DNA from: an uncultured Holophaga sp.
GTDB lineage: Bacteria > Acidobacteriota > Holophagae > Holophagales > Holophagaceae
DNA length: 64,000 nt
Assembly: GCA_963664825.1 (NCBI GenBank)
Contig: OY761614.1
Span: 2,816,001-2,880,000, forward strand
Direction: 5' to 3'
Position 1 is the first letter of the stretch, and each line of letters opens with the position of its first letter. The notes beneath the pieces are model-generated. The model searched no databases. It was not told the DNA's origin and saw only the letters and a list, made by a program, of their open reading frames with translations. Both the position numbers and the translations under genes were made by a program. Below, piece after piece: positions 27,925 to 37,939 of this stretch.

Positions 27925-28488
27925 TCAGACCCCAGCGGCGTAGGCGTCGATGCGCCGACTGTAGCTCCCGATGGTGTCTTCGAAGCGCTGCACAACGCGG
28001 ATCGTTTCATCCAGGACGAAGAGGGCCTGGGTGGCCTGGGCCCGGCTTTGGGGGTTGGGGAAGGCCCCATCCTCGGCCAGGTTCTGGACGAGATGCTCCC
28101 GGCGCTCCGCCATCTTGATGCGCATGAGCTCCCACCACTGGCCGAAACGGCGGACCCGGCGCCCAGCCTTGAGGAAGAAGTCGCGGTCTCTGGGTTCGTG
28201 ATCGATTTGGCTCTCGAGATTCTCCATCATCTCCCGCAGGCTGGCCTCGAAGGCGAAGCCCATGGGGGTGCCGCTATCCAGCACCTCGGCGCCGAAGCAG
28301 GCTCGCAGTTCCTCGAAATCCGGGCGCCGGGTGAAGGCTTCGGCCGCCTCACGGTGCGCCTCCAGCACCTCTGCATCCATTCGTCGCACCAGGGCCCGCA
28401 CCTCTTCGATGGCGGCGGGATTCCTCCTATCGCACGCCGATCCTGCTCCCAGCAGGATTCCCGCCACCATCAGAGTCAGGGTCTTCAT
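27925..28488 (-). CDS. Hypothetical lipoprotein
   Basis: MKTLTLMVAGILLGAGSA-C lipobox-like signal. Confidence 0.65.
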   Translation of the reverse strand: MKTLTLMVAGILLGAGSACDRRNPAAIEEVRALVRRMDAEVLEAHREAAEAFTRRPDFEELRACFGAEVLDSGTPMGFAFEASLREMMENLESQIDHEPRDRDFFLKAGRRVRRFGQWWELMRIKMAERREHLVQNLAEDGAFPNPQSRAQATQALFVLDETIRVVQRFEDTIGSYSRRIDAYAAGV

Positions 28489-28684
28489 CGATTCACCTGC
28501 CGTGATCATAGGGCCTTCCGGGTGCGGGCCGGGGGAACAGATCGGGTCTCAAGAAAGGCTTTCCCCCGCGCGTCCCGCACCTGGCGCTCCAGGCGGACTC
28601 GCACGAGCCGGCCACGGCGCCCTGTGTGCGACCAGGGTGGGCGCCTGATAGGATGGGAATACGGAAATCCCCGCGGGAGTGTCC

Positions 28685-29971
28685 ATGAATCGATGGCTGC
28701 TAGGTCTGCTGCTCGCTTTCTCCCAGCTGCTTTGGGCCCAGGCGCCCCCGCAGGAGGTGGTGTTGAGCGCTTCCGGGGGCTCGAAACTGGGCATTGCGGT
28801 GCCCTCTCCCTCGCTTTCGGGGATTAGCGTGGACCGGGCCAATCGGGATTTCCACGAAGTGTTGGTGCGGGATCTCGAAGAGGCCGGGCCCTTTGCCGTG
28901 GTCAAGGATCGGCATCCCAAGGCTGGTGATGCCACCGGCCTGAAGGCCTGGATGGAAGCTGGCACCGATTGGCTGGTGAGCCTCAGGATCAGTCGCTCCC
29001 AGGCGGAGGATCTGGAAGTGGTGGCCCAGGTCACCGATATCAAGTCCTCCAAGGCCATTTTCACGAAAAATTATCGAGGGAAGGATGCCGCCCTGCGCCG
29101 CATCGCCCATTCCATCTCCGATGATCTCGTCGCCAGGCTCACCGGCGAGAAGGGCGTGGCCGGAACGCGGATCGTCTTCATCCGCCAGCTCTCGCCCCTG
29201 GTCAAGGAGGTCTTCCAGGTCGATCGCGATGGTTCCAATGTCGCGCAACTCACTCACCACCGGAGCCTGACGCTTTCTCCCACCGTGGCTGCCGATGGGC
29301 GTGTGGCCTACATGACCTACAAGAGCGGGCCGCCTGAACTGTGGGGACAGCGGCGACCGGGAGGGCCCTTCGAGCGGCTATTCCCCGCCAAGACCGGTCC
29401 CCAGGGCCCCTGCATGGCACCGGGGTGGTCGCCGGACGGCAAGCGCATCGTTTTCGTTCAGGGGGATAAGCGCGGCAACACCGATATCATGGTGCTCGAT
29501 GTGGCCTCGGGCCGTGCCCGGCGCATCACCGACAGCAACTGCATCAACACCGAGCCCAGCTGGAATCCCGCGGGAACGCAGATCGCCTTCACCTCGGATC
29601 GGGATGGGACTCCCCAGGTCTATCTCATGCAGGATGATGGCTCCAATGTGCGCCGCCTGACCGGGGAGGGCTCCTACAACGCCAGTCCTGCCTGGAGTCC
29701 TTCGGGGGCGATGATCGCCTACATCTCCCGCTTCGAGGGCAAGTTCGATCTCTTCGTCTACAAGCTGGGGGAAGGCAAGTCCTACCAGATCACCACGGGA
29801 GTGGCCAGCAGCGAATCCCCCGACTGGTCCCCGGATGAGCGCCGCTTGGTCTTTTCCAGCGGGAGTCGAGGGGGAATGCAGCTCTATACCACTGATCTTT
29901 CGGGCAACACGCTCCGCCGCCTGACGAATTTCGCAGGCTGCCAGAGCCCGAAATGGACCCGAGCGCGGTAA
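28685..29971 (+). CDS. tolB: Tol-Pal beta-propeller protein TolB
   Basis: Signal peptide; PD40 repeats (PGWSPDG, PSWNPAG, PAWSPSG, PDWSPDE); upstream of pal. Confidence 0.92.
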   Translation: MNRWLLGLLLAFSQLLWAQAPPQEVVLSASGGSKLGIAVPSPSLSGISVDRANRDFHEVLVRDLEEAGPFAVVKDRHPKAGDATGLKAWMEAGTDWLVSLRISRSQAEDLEVVAQVTDIKSSKAIFTKNYRGKDAALRRIAHSISDDLVARLTGEKGVAGTRIVFIRQLSPLVKEVFQVDRDGSNVAQLTHHRSLTLSPTVAADGRVAYMTYKSGPPELWGQRRPGGPFERLFPAKTGPQGPCMAPGWSPDGKRIVFVQGDKRGNTDIMVLDVASGRARRITDSNCINTEPSWNPAGTQIAFTSDRDGTPQVYLMQDDGSNVRRLTGEGSYNASPAWSPSGAMIAYISRFEGKFDLFVYKLGEGKSYQITTGVASSESPDWSPDERRLVFSSGSRGGMQLYTTDLSGNTLRRLTNFAGCQSPKWTRAR

Positions 29972-30032
29972 AAAAATGCCTCTCCCTGCATCAGGGAGCG
30001 TTAAACTGATCTCATCCACGGAGGAATAACCC

Positions 30033-30758
30033 ATGCGATACGCTTCCTATCTCGTTCCTGCAACGGCACTGGTTGTCATTGGGACTGGTCTGGGCTGCAA
30101 GCCCCCCAAAACCCAGGAACAGATCCAGCAGGAAACCCAGGCTGCCTTCAACGAGGGCATGCAGGCGTTCAAGGATGGGAAGGCGCGCGACACCAATCCC
30201 TATGTGAACGACAAGGCCAATGCCCACAAGGCCCAGGGTTGGTTCAACGGCTGGGACAAGGCCAAGGCTGACAAGGCTGAAGCCGATCGCAAGGCTGCCG
30301 AGGACAAGGCCGCTGCCGATCGCAAGGCCGCTGAGGATGCCGCCCGTGAGAAGGCTGCGGCTGAAGCTGCCGACGCGGCTCGCAAGGCTGAGTCCGAGAA
30401 GATGGCTGCCTACAAGCACGCCGCCGAAGCCGCCCTCAAGGACATCAACTTCGCCCTGGACAAGTCCGCCATCCGCGAAACCGATAAGCCCAAGCTCCAG
30501 GCCATTGCTGATTTCCTCAAGGCCTTCCCCCAGGGCAAGCTGCAGGTCGAAGGCCACTGCGATGAGCGTGGCACCACCGAGTACAACCTAGCCCTGGGCG
30601 AGCGTCGCGCTCATGCCGCGAAGAGCTACCTCACGGGTCTGGGCGTGGCCGAGGATCGTCTCTCCACCATCAGCTACGGCAAGGAGCGTCCCAAGGTCGA
30701 GGGCAAGGACGAGGCGTCCTGGCTCATCAATCGCCGCTGCGAGTTCAAGATCCAGTAA
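30033..30758 (+). CDS. pal: Peptidoglycan-associated lipoprotein with N-terminal insertion
   Basis: Lipobox GLGC; VEGHCDERGTTEYNLALGERRA; ISYGKERP; NRR. Confidence 0.93.
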   Translation: MRYASYLVPATALVVIGTGLGCKPPKTQEQIQQETQAAFNEGMQAFKDGKARDTNPYVNDKANAHKAQGWFNGWDKAKADKAEADRKAAEDKAAADRKAAEDAAREKAAAEAADAARKAESEKMAAYKHAAEAALKDINFALDKSAIRETDKPKLQAIADFLKAFPQGKLQVEGHCDERGTTEYNLALGERRAHAAKSYLTGLGVAEDRLSTISYGKERPKVEGKDEASWLINRRCEFKIQ

Positions 30759-30776
30759 GGTGTCAGTGGGATCATG

Positions 30777-30809
30777 AAAAAGAAGCGGAGGCCTGCCTCC
30801 GCTTTTTTT
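30777..30809 (+). terminator. Intrinsic terminator after pal
   Basis: AAGCGGAGGC-CT-GCCTCCGCTTTTTTT. Confidence 0.85.
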
Positions 30810-30838
30810 ATGAATTCGGATTCCTGTCAGGAGGTGTC

Positions 30839-31567
30839 ATGCGCGTTCAATCCGTTCTAAGGGCAGCGGCCCTTTCGGGCCTTGTCGTCACCGTGGGATG
30901 CAATACCGGCGAACAGATCCGGAAGGTCGAACTGGAAGTGGGAGACCTGAAGCTCGAAGTCTTCAAGCTGCGTCAGCAGATGGAAGATGCCAATAAGCGC
31001 GCCGAGGCCGACCACGTGACCTCCACCGAATCCCGCAACCTGGATCGCCGCTTCCAGGCCGATCTCCAGGAGACGCTGCGCCAGCTCCAGGACAGCACCC
31101 GCATCCTGAATAACCGCTTGAGCGATCCCGTGCGCGCCAGCCGCGCCTCCGGACGGGCAGCTGCGGAGCCCGTCGCCCAGGCGGCTCCCAGCGAGGACGA
31201 GAGGGCCTTTTCCGCCGCGCTTCTGGATTACAACCGGGGCAACTACCAGCTTGCCGGCGATAGCCTCGAACTCTTCCTCAAGAGCAGCCCCTCGAGCCCC
31301 AAGCGTCCGGAGGCCCTCTTCCTCCTGGGCCTCTCCTACTACAGTCAGAAGATCTACGACAAGGCTCAGAGCGCCTTCGACCACATTCTGAAGGAACATG
31401 CGAGTTCGACGCAGTTCCTTCCCGCCAAGCTCAAGCGCGCCCAGTCCCTCCTGAAGCTGGGCCTCAAACCTGCCGCCGTGAAGGGTTTCAAGGAAATCTC
31501 CGAGGGTTTCCCGGGCACGCCCGAAGCCCGCACCGCTCAGCAGGAACTGGCTGACCTGGGCTTCTAG
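30839..31567 (+). CDS. cpoB: Tol-Pal TPR protein CpoB/YbgF
   Basis: Lipoprotein signal, coiled coil, TPR repeats, FPGTPEA tail; follows pal. Confidence 0.85.
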   Translation: MRVQSVLRAAALSGLVVTVGCNTGEQIRKVELEVGDLKLEVFKLRQQMEDANKRAEADHVTSTESRNLDRRFQADLQETLRQLQDSTRILNNRLSDPVRASRASGRAAAEPVAQAAPSEDERAFSAALLDYNRGNYQLAGDSLELFLKSSPSSPKRPEALFLLGLSYYSQKIYDKAQSAFDHILKEHASSTQFLPAKLKRAQSLLKLGLKPAAVKGFKEISEGFPGTPEARTAQQELADLGF

Positions 31568-32673
31568 GAACCGGAGCGCAGCCGTTTGAGGAGCCCCGCC
31601 AGCGGCGGGGCTTCGTCGTAGAGGGCCGGAGGGGTGCGGAGGAGCTCCTGGAGGCGCTGATCCCGGCGCCCCATGGGAAGGGTAGGGAGCACGCTCGCCT
31701 CGACCCAAAGCAGGCCCTTGGGCGCGGGGAAGGGGGCTTCCAATTCCAGGGCCAGGGGGTGGACATGCTCCCGGCGATGGGAATACACCTGGGTCCAGCC
31801 CGGCCAAGTGCGTGCCTCGGCGAGTCCGTAGGGGAAGGGCTCCTCCGCGGCCCCTTCCAAGGCGCGCTCCCAGGGCAGGGTGGGCCAGCGCCAGAGCCCG
31901 GCCAGCAGGCCGCGGGCGGCTGGGGGATGGAGGAGCCAGCTCCCCTGGGAGGCCGTGGCCAGCAGCCAGAGCTCCACATCCAAAGGGATGGCGCGGGGCT
32001 GGCGGGCGGGAATGCGATCCGTGGCGTCTTGGAGATGGGCCTGGCAGCTGGAGGCCAGGGGGCAGGCCGCGCAGCGCGGCGCAGGCGTGCAGAGGGTGGC
32101 TCCCAGTTCCATGATGGCCTGGGTCAGGCGGGAGGGGCCCAGGGCCCGGAGCGCAGGCTCGAGCCACTCCCGGAGGGGGGCCGCCCCTTTCCGGGGATCG
32201 TCCTCCAGGCCCAGGAGCCGGGCCAACACCCGGAAGGCGTTGCCGTCGAGAGCCGCCGCGGGCCACTGGAAGGCGATGGAGGCCACGGCCGCGGCGGTGT
32301 AGGGCCCCAGGCCCGGCAGCTCCTGGAGACCCTCCAGGCTCTTCGGCCAGCCCGTTTCCTGGACCTTCCGGGCGGCGGCCTGGAGCAGGCGGGCCCGCCG
32401 ATAGTATCCAAGGCCCTCCCACAGCTTGTGGATCTCGTCGTCGCTGGCGCTCGCCAGAGCGGCCGCATCGGGGAAGCGCGCCATCCAGCGCAGGAAAAAG
32501 GGGATCACGGTGGCCACTTGAGTCTGCTGGAGCATGAGCTCCGAGACGAGCACGGCGTAGGGATCGGCGTGGGGCCCATTCAGGTCCTGGGCGCGCCAGG
32601 GCAGCTCGCGCCTCGTCGCCTCGAACCAGGGGGCCAAGGGGGCCAGCAGAGCCTCGGAACCTGGCCAGGGCAT
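31564..32673 (-). CDS. mutY: A/G-specific adenine glycosylase
   Basis: LVSELMLQQTQV, WEGLGYYRRAR, LPGLGPYTA, DGN, C-x6-C-x2-C-x5-C. Confidence 0.93.
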   Translation of the reverse strand: MPWPGSEALLAPLAPWFEATRRELPWRAQDLNGPHADPYAVLVSELMLQQTQVATVIPFFLRWMARFPDAAALASASDDEIHKLWEGLGYYRRARLLQAAARKVQETGWPKSLEGLQELPGLGPYTAAAVASIAFQWPAAALDGNAFRVLARLLGLEDDPRKGAAPLREWLEPALRALGPSRLTQAIMELGATLCTPAPRCAACPLASSCQAHLQDATDRIPARQPRAIPLDVELWLLATASQGSWLLHPPAARGLLAGLWRWPTLPWERALEGAAEEPFPYGLAEARTWPGWTQVYSHRREHVHPLALELEAPFPAPKGLLWVEASVLPTLPMGRRDQRLQELLRTPPALYDEAPPLAGLLKRLRSGS

Positions 32674-32687
32674 AGACCTCCCCATAC

Positions 32688-32715
32688 AAAAAACGAGGAG
32701 CGCGTGCGCTCCTCG
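32688..32715 (-). terminator. Intrinsic terminator after tRNA-Leu
   Basis: Minus strand CGAGGAGCGC-AC-GCGCTCCTCG-TTTTTT. Confidence 0.85.
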
Positions 32716-32722
32716 ATCAACT

Positions 32723-32808
32723 TGGTGCCCGCGAGCGGACTCGAACCGCTACGGCTTGTGGCCACCACCCCCTCAAGATGGCGTGTCTACCAATTTCACC
32801 ACGCGGGC
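32723..32808 (-). tRNA. tRNA-Leu (GAG)
   Basis: 86 nt GCCCGCGTGGTGAAATTGGTAGACACG...TTGAGGG...GGTTCGAGTCC...ACCA; long variable arm; follows secG. Confidence 0.97.
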
Positions 32809-32865
32809 CAGGTCGAAAAGAAAGAATGCCATGGCAGGAAGCTGCCGTCAATCCTCAGTTTGCTC

Positions 32866-33198
32866 TCATTTTGCCGGAAGAACCGGAACAGGAGCAGGCG
32901 CTGGGGGAACGGTGCCGGTGGGAACCGTCTTCACAATGATCTTCTTGTCCAGCACGGAGCGGCTGTCCTTGGAGATCTTCACCTCGATGACCAGGCTGGT
33001 GAGCATGAAGCCCGCCGCCAGCCAGTAGGTGAGCTTGGCCAGGAAGGGCGCCGCGCCCTGGGCGCCGAAGGCTGAATTGGCGCCTCCGCCCCCGAAGGTG
33101 GCTCCCAGGCCGCCGCCCTTGGCGCCGGGCTGGAGAAGGATCCCGCCGACCAGGAGGACGGCGACGATGACATGAAGCGTGACGAGGAAAGGGCTCAT
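32866..33198 (-). CDS. secG: Preprotein translocase subunit SecG
   Basis: ILLQPGAKGGGLGATFGGG...FG...FLAKLT. Confidence 0.93.
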   Translation of the reverse strand: MSPFLVTLHVIVAVLLVGGILLQPGAKGGGLGATFGGGGANSAFGAQGAAPFLAKLTYWLAAGFMLTSLVIEVKISKDSRSVLDKKIIVKTVPTGTVPPAPAPVPVLPAK

Positions 33199-33265
33199 GC
33201 GAACTCCGAACCTGCCATTGTAGCAGGGCTGACGCCGATTCCCAGGCTCCAATGGCGGAGGAGGG

Positions 33266-34804
33266 CTAGGAGGGACATTCGGGGCTTTGTTCGTGGTTGA
33301 GCCAGGCGCGGATCTGGTCCTCGGTGAGTTCGAGCTTCAGCAGATGCTCCGTGGCCATCTTGACGCTCTGGCCCTCGTCTCGGCAGATCAGGAGTCGGCG
33401 CTTCCAGGCCGCGACGGCGGCTCCCTTCAGGCCCGCTTCTCCGGCCTCGATGCGCTTCTCGAGGACGAACCCGAGATTATTGGCGGCCTTGCGGTGCATA
33501 GGGGCCAGCGCCAGCGCCTTCTCGTAGGCTTCCGTGGCTTCCCTGAGGCGGCTGTTGACTTCGAGAGCCACCCCTTGAGCGTTCCAGACATCGGGATCCT
33601 CCGGGGCCAGCGTCATGGCCTCGCGCACCATGCGCAGTTCGTCCTCGGGGCGGTTCATCACCCGGTAGCATTCGGAAATGCCCAGGTAGGCGCTGTATTC
33701 GCCGGGGTCGGTCTGGAGGGCCGAGAGGAAACTCTTCTCGCTCTCCTCGTGCCGGCCCAGCTTGAGGAGGACGTAGCCGAGCTGAACCTGGATATCGGCG
33801 GCCTGAGGATTGCGGGTGAGGGCCTCTCCGTAGCAGTGGAGGGCGTCTTCCCAGCGCTGGTCTTCCCGGGCGAGGTCCCCCAGGGCCGACCAGGGATTGG
33901 GGCTCTCGGGGTCCGTTTCCGTGGCCAGCGAGAAATAGGACGTGGCCCCTTCGGGATCCCCGAGGTCGTTCCGGATCTCGCCGAGCATCGCGTAGGCTTC
34001 GGCCAGGGCGGGGATCTGGGGGGCGAGCAGGATGAGCTTGTGGAGTTCGGCCTGGGCCAGTTCCAGGTGCCCCTGCTCGGAGAAGAGCTCCGCCAGCATG
34101 AAATAGCTGGCCGATTCCCGGGCGTGGATGCTGCGAGCCCGGTTGATGCAGCGCATGCCATCCTCGATATCGCCCTTTTTCAGGAGCAGCTCGCCGAGGC
34201 TGTGCCAGCCCCAGAAGTAATGGGGTTCGGCGGTGAGCGCGGCGGTGAATTGGATCTCGGCGGCCTTGATATCCCCCAGTTGTTCGCAGGCCAGGCCCAG
34301 CAGGCGCAGGCTGCGGGGGCTTTGGGGTTTCAGGCTGAGGGCCTTGAGGAACCAGTGTTTCGCTTCGGCCGCGCTTTCGCATTGGAGGCCCAGGAGCCCC
34401 ATGAGTTCCAGGGTGCGGGCGTCCAGGCCATTGAGCTCCAAAGCCTTGTCCAGGGCCTTTTTCGCATCCTCCGGTCGCTGCTGCAGGATCCGCAGATAGC
34501 CCAGGTTCCGGTAGGGCACGGCGGCCTCAGGGCTCTCGTCCTGCAGGGCCTCCAGATCCCGGCTCAGGGTCTCGAGATCGTCCTTGGAGCCGCCATCGCC
34601 TTCGGCGACGATGCGCTCGAACCAGACTTCGCCGTTAGAGCGATCCTCGGCCAGGAGGGTGTCCAGGAGTCCCTGGGCCTCGGCGTGGTGGCAGCGGACA
34701 TTGAGGGCATGGGCCAACTGGAGCCGGGCCTCGCAGGAGGAACCCGAAGCCTGTCGGAGTCCGTGGAGTTCTGGGTCGAGCAGTTGAAGCCAGGGACGCA
34801 ACAT
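33266..34804 (-). CDS. Tetratricopeptide repeat protein
   Basis: Many TPR repeats; AGAGG SD before ATG 34804. Confidence 0.85.
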   Translation of the reverse strand: MLRPWLQLLDPELHGLRQASGSSCEARLQLAHALNVRCHHAEAQGLLDTLLAEDRSNGEVWFERIVAEGDGGSKDDLETLSRDLEALQDESPEAAVPYRNLGYLRILQQRPEDAKKALDKALELNGLDARTLELMGLLGLQCESAAEAKHWFLKALSLKPQSPRSLRLLGLACEQLGDIKAAEIQFTAALTAEPHYFWGWHSLGELLLKKGDIEDGMRCINRARSIHARESASYFMLAELFSEQGHLELAQAELHKLILLAPQIPALAEAYAMLGEIRNDLGDPEGATSYFSLATETDPESPNPWSALGDLAREDQRWEDALHCYGEALTRNPQAADIQVQLGYVLLKLGRHEESEKSFLSALQTDPGEYSAYLGISECYRVMNRPEDELRMVREAMTLAPEDPDVWNAQGVALEVNSRLREATEAYEKALALAPMHRKAANNLGFVLEKRIEAGEAGLKGAAVAAWKRRLLICRDEGQSVKMATEHLLKLELTEDQIRAWLNHEQSPECPS

Positions 34805-34830
34805 GGGGTACCTCTTGATATGTTCCAAGT

Positions 34831-35769
34831 CTAGCAGGGAGCGGAATCCAGGGCTTCGGACACGCCCTGGCAGAGGATGTGAGCCATGGCATCCCGGGTT
34901 TCGAGGGTGGCCGAACCCAGATGGGGCAGGAGCACGGCCCTGGGGGCGCTGAACCAGGCCGGATTGATGCGAGGCTCACCCTCATAGACATCCAGGCCGA
35001 TGCCTCCCAGGCGGCCCGATTGGAGCCCTGCCAGGACGGCCGTTTCGTCCAGGATGCCGCCTCGGGCCGTGTTGATGATCACCGCACCCTCCGGGAGCAG
35101 CCTGAGGCGCGCTCGGTCCAGGAGGCCGCCGGTGGCCTCCGTCAGGGGGCAGTGCAGCGATAGGACGGAACTCTGGGGGAGCAGTTCGGGCAGGGGCAGG
35201 CGGCGGGCGATGCCAGCGCCGAAGTCCACGGGGTGGTGCGTGCCCTCCCGGTCCCAGAAGATGGGCTTCATGCCCAGGGCCCACACGCGGCGCGCGAAGG
35301 CCTTTCCGATGGGCCCGGAACCCAGGATGCCGCAGGTCTTGCCCGTCAGGCCAAAGCCCAGGAGCTGGTCCGGAGCCCAGCCCTTCCAGGTGCCTGAGCG
35401 CACCAGCGCCTCCCCTTCGGCGATTCTCCGGGTGACGGCCAGCAGGAGCGCCAGGGCCAGGTCCGCCGTGGCATCCGTGAGGACGCCCGGCGTATTGAGG
35501 ATCCGGATGCCCCGGGCCCGGCAGGCCTCCAGGGGCAGATGGTTGACGCCCACGGAATAGGTGCCGATCACCTTGAGCCGGGGCGCGAGTTCCAGATCGG
35601 CCTCGGTGATGGGTTCGGAGAGCATCACCAGCATGGCCTCGGCGCTGGGAAGGGCCATCTTCCATGCGATGGAACGGTAGGGTGCAATGAGCATTGCGGG
35701 AAAGCGTTCGCCCAGGGCGAGCAGATGCTTTCCCACGAGGGGCGTGGTGGAGAGGATGCGCGTATTCAT
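34831..35769 (-). CDS. D-2-hydroxyacid dehydrogenase (glyoxylate/hydroxypyruvate reductase-like)
   Basis: NTPGVLTDATADL, GSGPIG, INTARG, LDVYEGEP, PHLGSAT. Confidence 0.92.
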   Translation of the reverse strand: MNTRILSTTPLVGKHLLALGERFPAMLIAPYRSIAWKMALPSAEAMLVMLSEPITEADLELAPRLKVIGTYSVGVNHLPLEACRARGIRILNTPGVLTDATADLALALLLAVTRRIAEGEALVRSGTWKGWAPDQLLGFGLTGKTCGILGSGPIGKAFARRVWALGMKPIFWDREGTHHPVDFGAGIARRLPLPELLPQSSVLSLHCPLTEATGGLLDRARLRLLPEGAVIINTARGGILDETAVLAGLQSGRLGGIGLDVYEGEPRINPAWFSAPRAVLLPHLGSATLETRDAMAHILCQGVSEALDSAPC

Positions 35770-36356
35770 CGTTGGAGGGCCCTCAGGGCGATTCGGATGG
35801 CTTCGGGGAGGGGGGGCTTCTCGAGCTTGAGCTCGGCGACCACCGGCAGCACGGCGTCTTCCCGGAAGCCCAGATTGACGAGCGCGGAACGGAGATCGGA
35901 TTCCCAGCGATCCAGTGGCCGCACCGCCGTGCCGAGCCCCTCCAGGCCCCCGGCTCCCCCGAGCTTTTCCGAGAGCTCGAAGCAGATCTTCTCGGCGCTC
36001 TTCCTGCCGACGCCCGGGATGCGCGTGAGGGCCTTCACGTCCCGATCCCGAATGGCCCGGAAGAGATCGTCCATGGATAGGGCGCCCAGGGCGGCCAGGG
36101 CCAGCTTGGGGCCGATGCCATCGACCTTCACCAGCATCCGGTAGAGTTCCCGCTCCTGGGGGGTGGCAAAGCCCAGGAGGCTGATCTCGTTCTCCCTCAG
36201 GAGCGTCTCCACCTGGAGGACGACCTCCGCGCCGGGTTCCGGGAGCATCCCGTAGGTGCCCAAGGAGATGGCGCAGACGTAGCCGACGCCTCCGCATTCC
36301 ACCAGGGCTTGGCTCGGGGATTTCTGGATGAGGAGACCTCTGAGTCGACCGATCAT
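35766..36356 (-). CDS. ruvA: Holliday junction branch migration protein RuvA
   Basis: MIGRLRG, GGVGY, VDGIGPKLAL, IPGVGRKSAEKI, ALVNLGF. Confidence 0.96.
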   Translation of the reverse strand: MIGRLRGLLIQKSPSQALVECGGVGYVCAISLGTYGMLPEPGAEVVLQVETLLRENEISLLGFATPQERELYRMLVKVDGIGPKLALAALGALSMDDLFRAIRDRDVKALTRIPGVGRKSAEKICFELSEKLGGAGGLEGLGTAVRPLDRWESDLRSALVNLGFREDAVLPVVAELKLEKPPLPEAIRIALRALQR

Positions 36357-36478
36357 CCTCCCAGGATAGGTGATCTCCGGCCTCTCCGAGGGTCGGCTGA
36401 AGCATCAAACCAATGTTTCGATAAATTCCGATATGTATTACCATGTGTCCTGGCCTCGGCTCTGGAAGGACGCAACAG

Positions 36479-36862
36479 ATGGCGGATGATTTGCGGGAGA
36501 TAGTGGAAAGCCTGAAGGCCGTCTCGCACCCCTTGCGGCTGCGGGTGCTGGCCCTGGTGGGCTCCGGGGAACTCTGCGTGTGCCAGGTGGCCGAGGTGCT
36601 CCAGGTGCCCCAGTCCTCGGCTTCGGAAGCCCTGCGGGAATTGCGCCGGGCCGGCTTCGTCAATGAGCGCAAGGAGGGTCGCTGGGTCTTCGTGTCCATC
36701 CTGTCGGCTGCGGAGGCCTCGCCTCTGCTGAAGGGGATCCTGGCGGCTGCCAGGGGCCTCCCGGAGGTCCAGAAGGATCGGGCCCGGGCGCTGGAGGTGA
36801 AGGCCCTCGGCGTTCCGGCCGTGTGCTGCAAGGTCCAGAAGGCGGAGGCCTCCCATGTCTGA
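36479..36862 (+). CDS. arsR: ArsR/SmtB family regulator (CVC type)
   Basis: LKAVSHPLRLRVL, ELCVC, RKEGRWV, C-terminal CC. Confidence 0.88.
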   Translation: MADDLREIVESLKAVSHPLRLRVLALVGSGELCVCQVAEVLQVPQSSASEALRELRRAGFVNERKEGRWVFVSILSAAEASPLLKGILAAARGLPEVQKDRARALEVKALGVPAVCCKVQKAEASHV

Positions 36863-37931
36863 ATCCTCCTGCGGTTGCGGGTCGCCGGAACCCGCGGGGC
36901 GTCGAGCCTCCTATCTCCGCCGGGGCGGTTGGATCCTGCTGGCTCTGCCCCTCTGGGTCCTGCTCTACGCCGTGATCCAAAGGGCTTCCCAATGGATCGC
37001 CTTCGGGTTCTTCCGGCTCAAGCCCATGTCCCACCTGGGTGAAGCGGTGGCCTTCTTCTGCTATGACGTGCCCAAGGTCCTGCTGCTGCTCACGCTGGTG
37101 GTCTTTATCGTCACCTTCCTTCAGACCTTCGTGAGCCCAACAGGCGTGCGGAATGCCTTGGCGAAGCGCCGCGCGGGCATCGACAACGCGCTGGCCTCGC
37201 TCTTCGGCGTCATCACGCCCTTCTGCTCCTGCTCGGCCATCCCGCTCTTCATTGGATTCCTGAAGGCGGGGGTTCCCCTGGGTGTCACCTTCAGCTTCCT
37301 GGTGGCCGCCCCCATGGTCAACGAGGTGGCGCTGGGCCTGCTATTGGCCATGTTCGGGTGGAGGATCGCCCTGCTCTATGCGGGAACGGGTCTGGCCATC
37401 GCCTTCAGCGCGGGCCTGATCCTGGGGCGTCTCAACATGGAGCGGCATCTGGAGGACTGGGTGCGGGACGCGGTGAAGGCTCCTGTCCTGGGCGAAGGGG
37501 AGGAGTTGCGCGTCACCCTTGCCCTGCGCTTCGACCAGGCTGTCCAGGGTGTGATCGACATCGTGGGCAAGGTGTGGCCTTACATCTTGGCGGGCATTCT
37601 GGTGGGGGCCTTCATTCACGGATACGTGCCGGCCGCCTTCATGGCCTCCCTGCTGGGCAGCCACGCCTGGTACAGCGTGCCCCTGGCGGTGCTGATCGGT
37701 GTGCCCCTCTATTCCAACGCCGCTGGGGTGATGCCCATTGTGGAGGCCCTGCTGGGCAAGGGGGCGGCCCTGGGTTCGACCCTGGCCTTCATGATGGCCG
37801 TCATCGGCTTATCCCTGCCCGAGACCATCATCCTGCGCCGCGTCATGCGCCCGCGCCTCATCGCCGCCTTCGTAGGCGTGGTGGCCATCGGCATCCTGCT
37901 GGTGGGTTATCTCTTCAACGCGATCCTATAG
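36855..37931 (+). CDS. arsP: ArsP-family (DUF318) permease
   Basis: TPFCSCSAIP, APMVNE, GVPLYSN, GLSLPE; in ars operon. Confidence 0.85.
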   Translation: MSESSCGCGSPEPAGRRASYLRRGGWILLALPLWVLLYAVIQRASQWIAFGFFRLKPMSHLGEAVAFFCYDVPKVLLLLTLVVFIVTFLQTFVSPTGVRNALAKRRAGIDNALASLFGVITPFCSCSAIPLFIGFLKAGVPLGVTFSFLVAAPMVNEVALGLLLAMFGWRIALLYAGTGLAIAFSAGLILGRLNMERHLEDWVRDAVKAPVLGEGEELRVTLALRFDQAVQGVIDIVGKVWPYILAGILVGAFIHGYVPAAFMASLLGSHAWYSVPLAVLIGVPLYSNAAGVMPIVEALLGKGAALGSTLAFMMAVIGLSLPETIILRRVMRPRLIAAFVGVVAIGILLVGYLFNAIL

Positions 37932-37939
37932 GAGTCCCC

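Noticed and set aside
10521..32808. Genomic island bounded by the two tRNAs
   Set aside because: The content is core housekeeping; no integrase or att repeat seen
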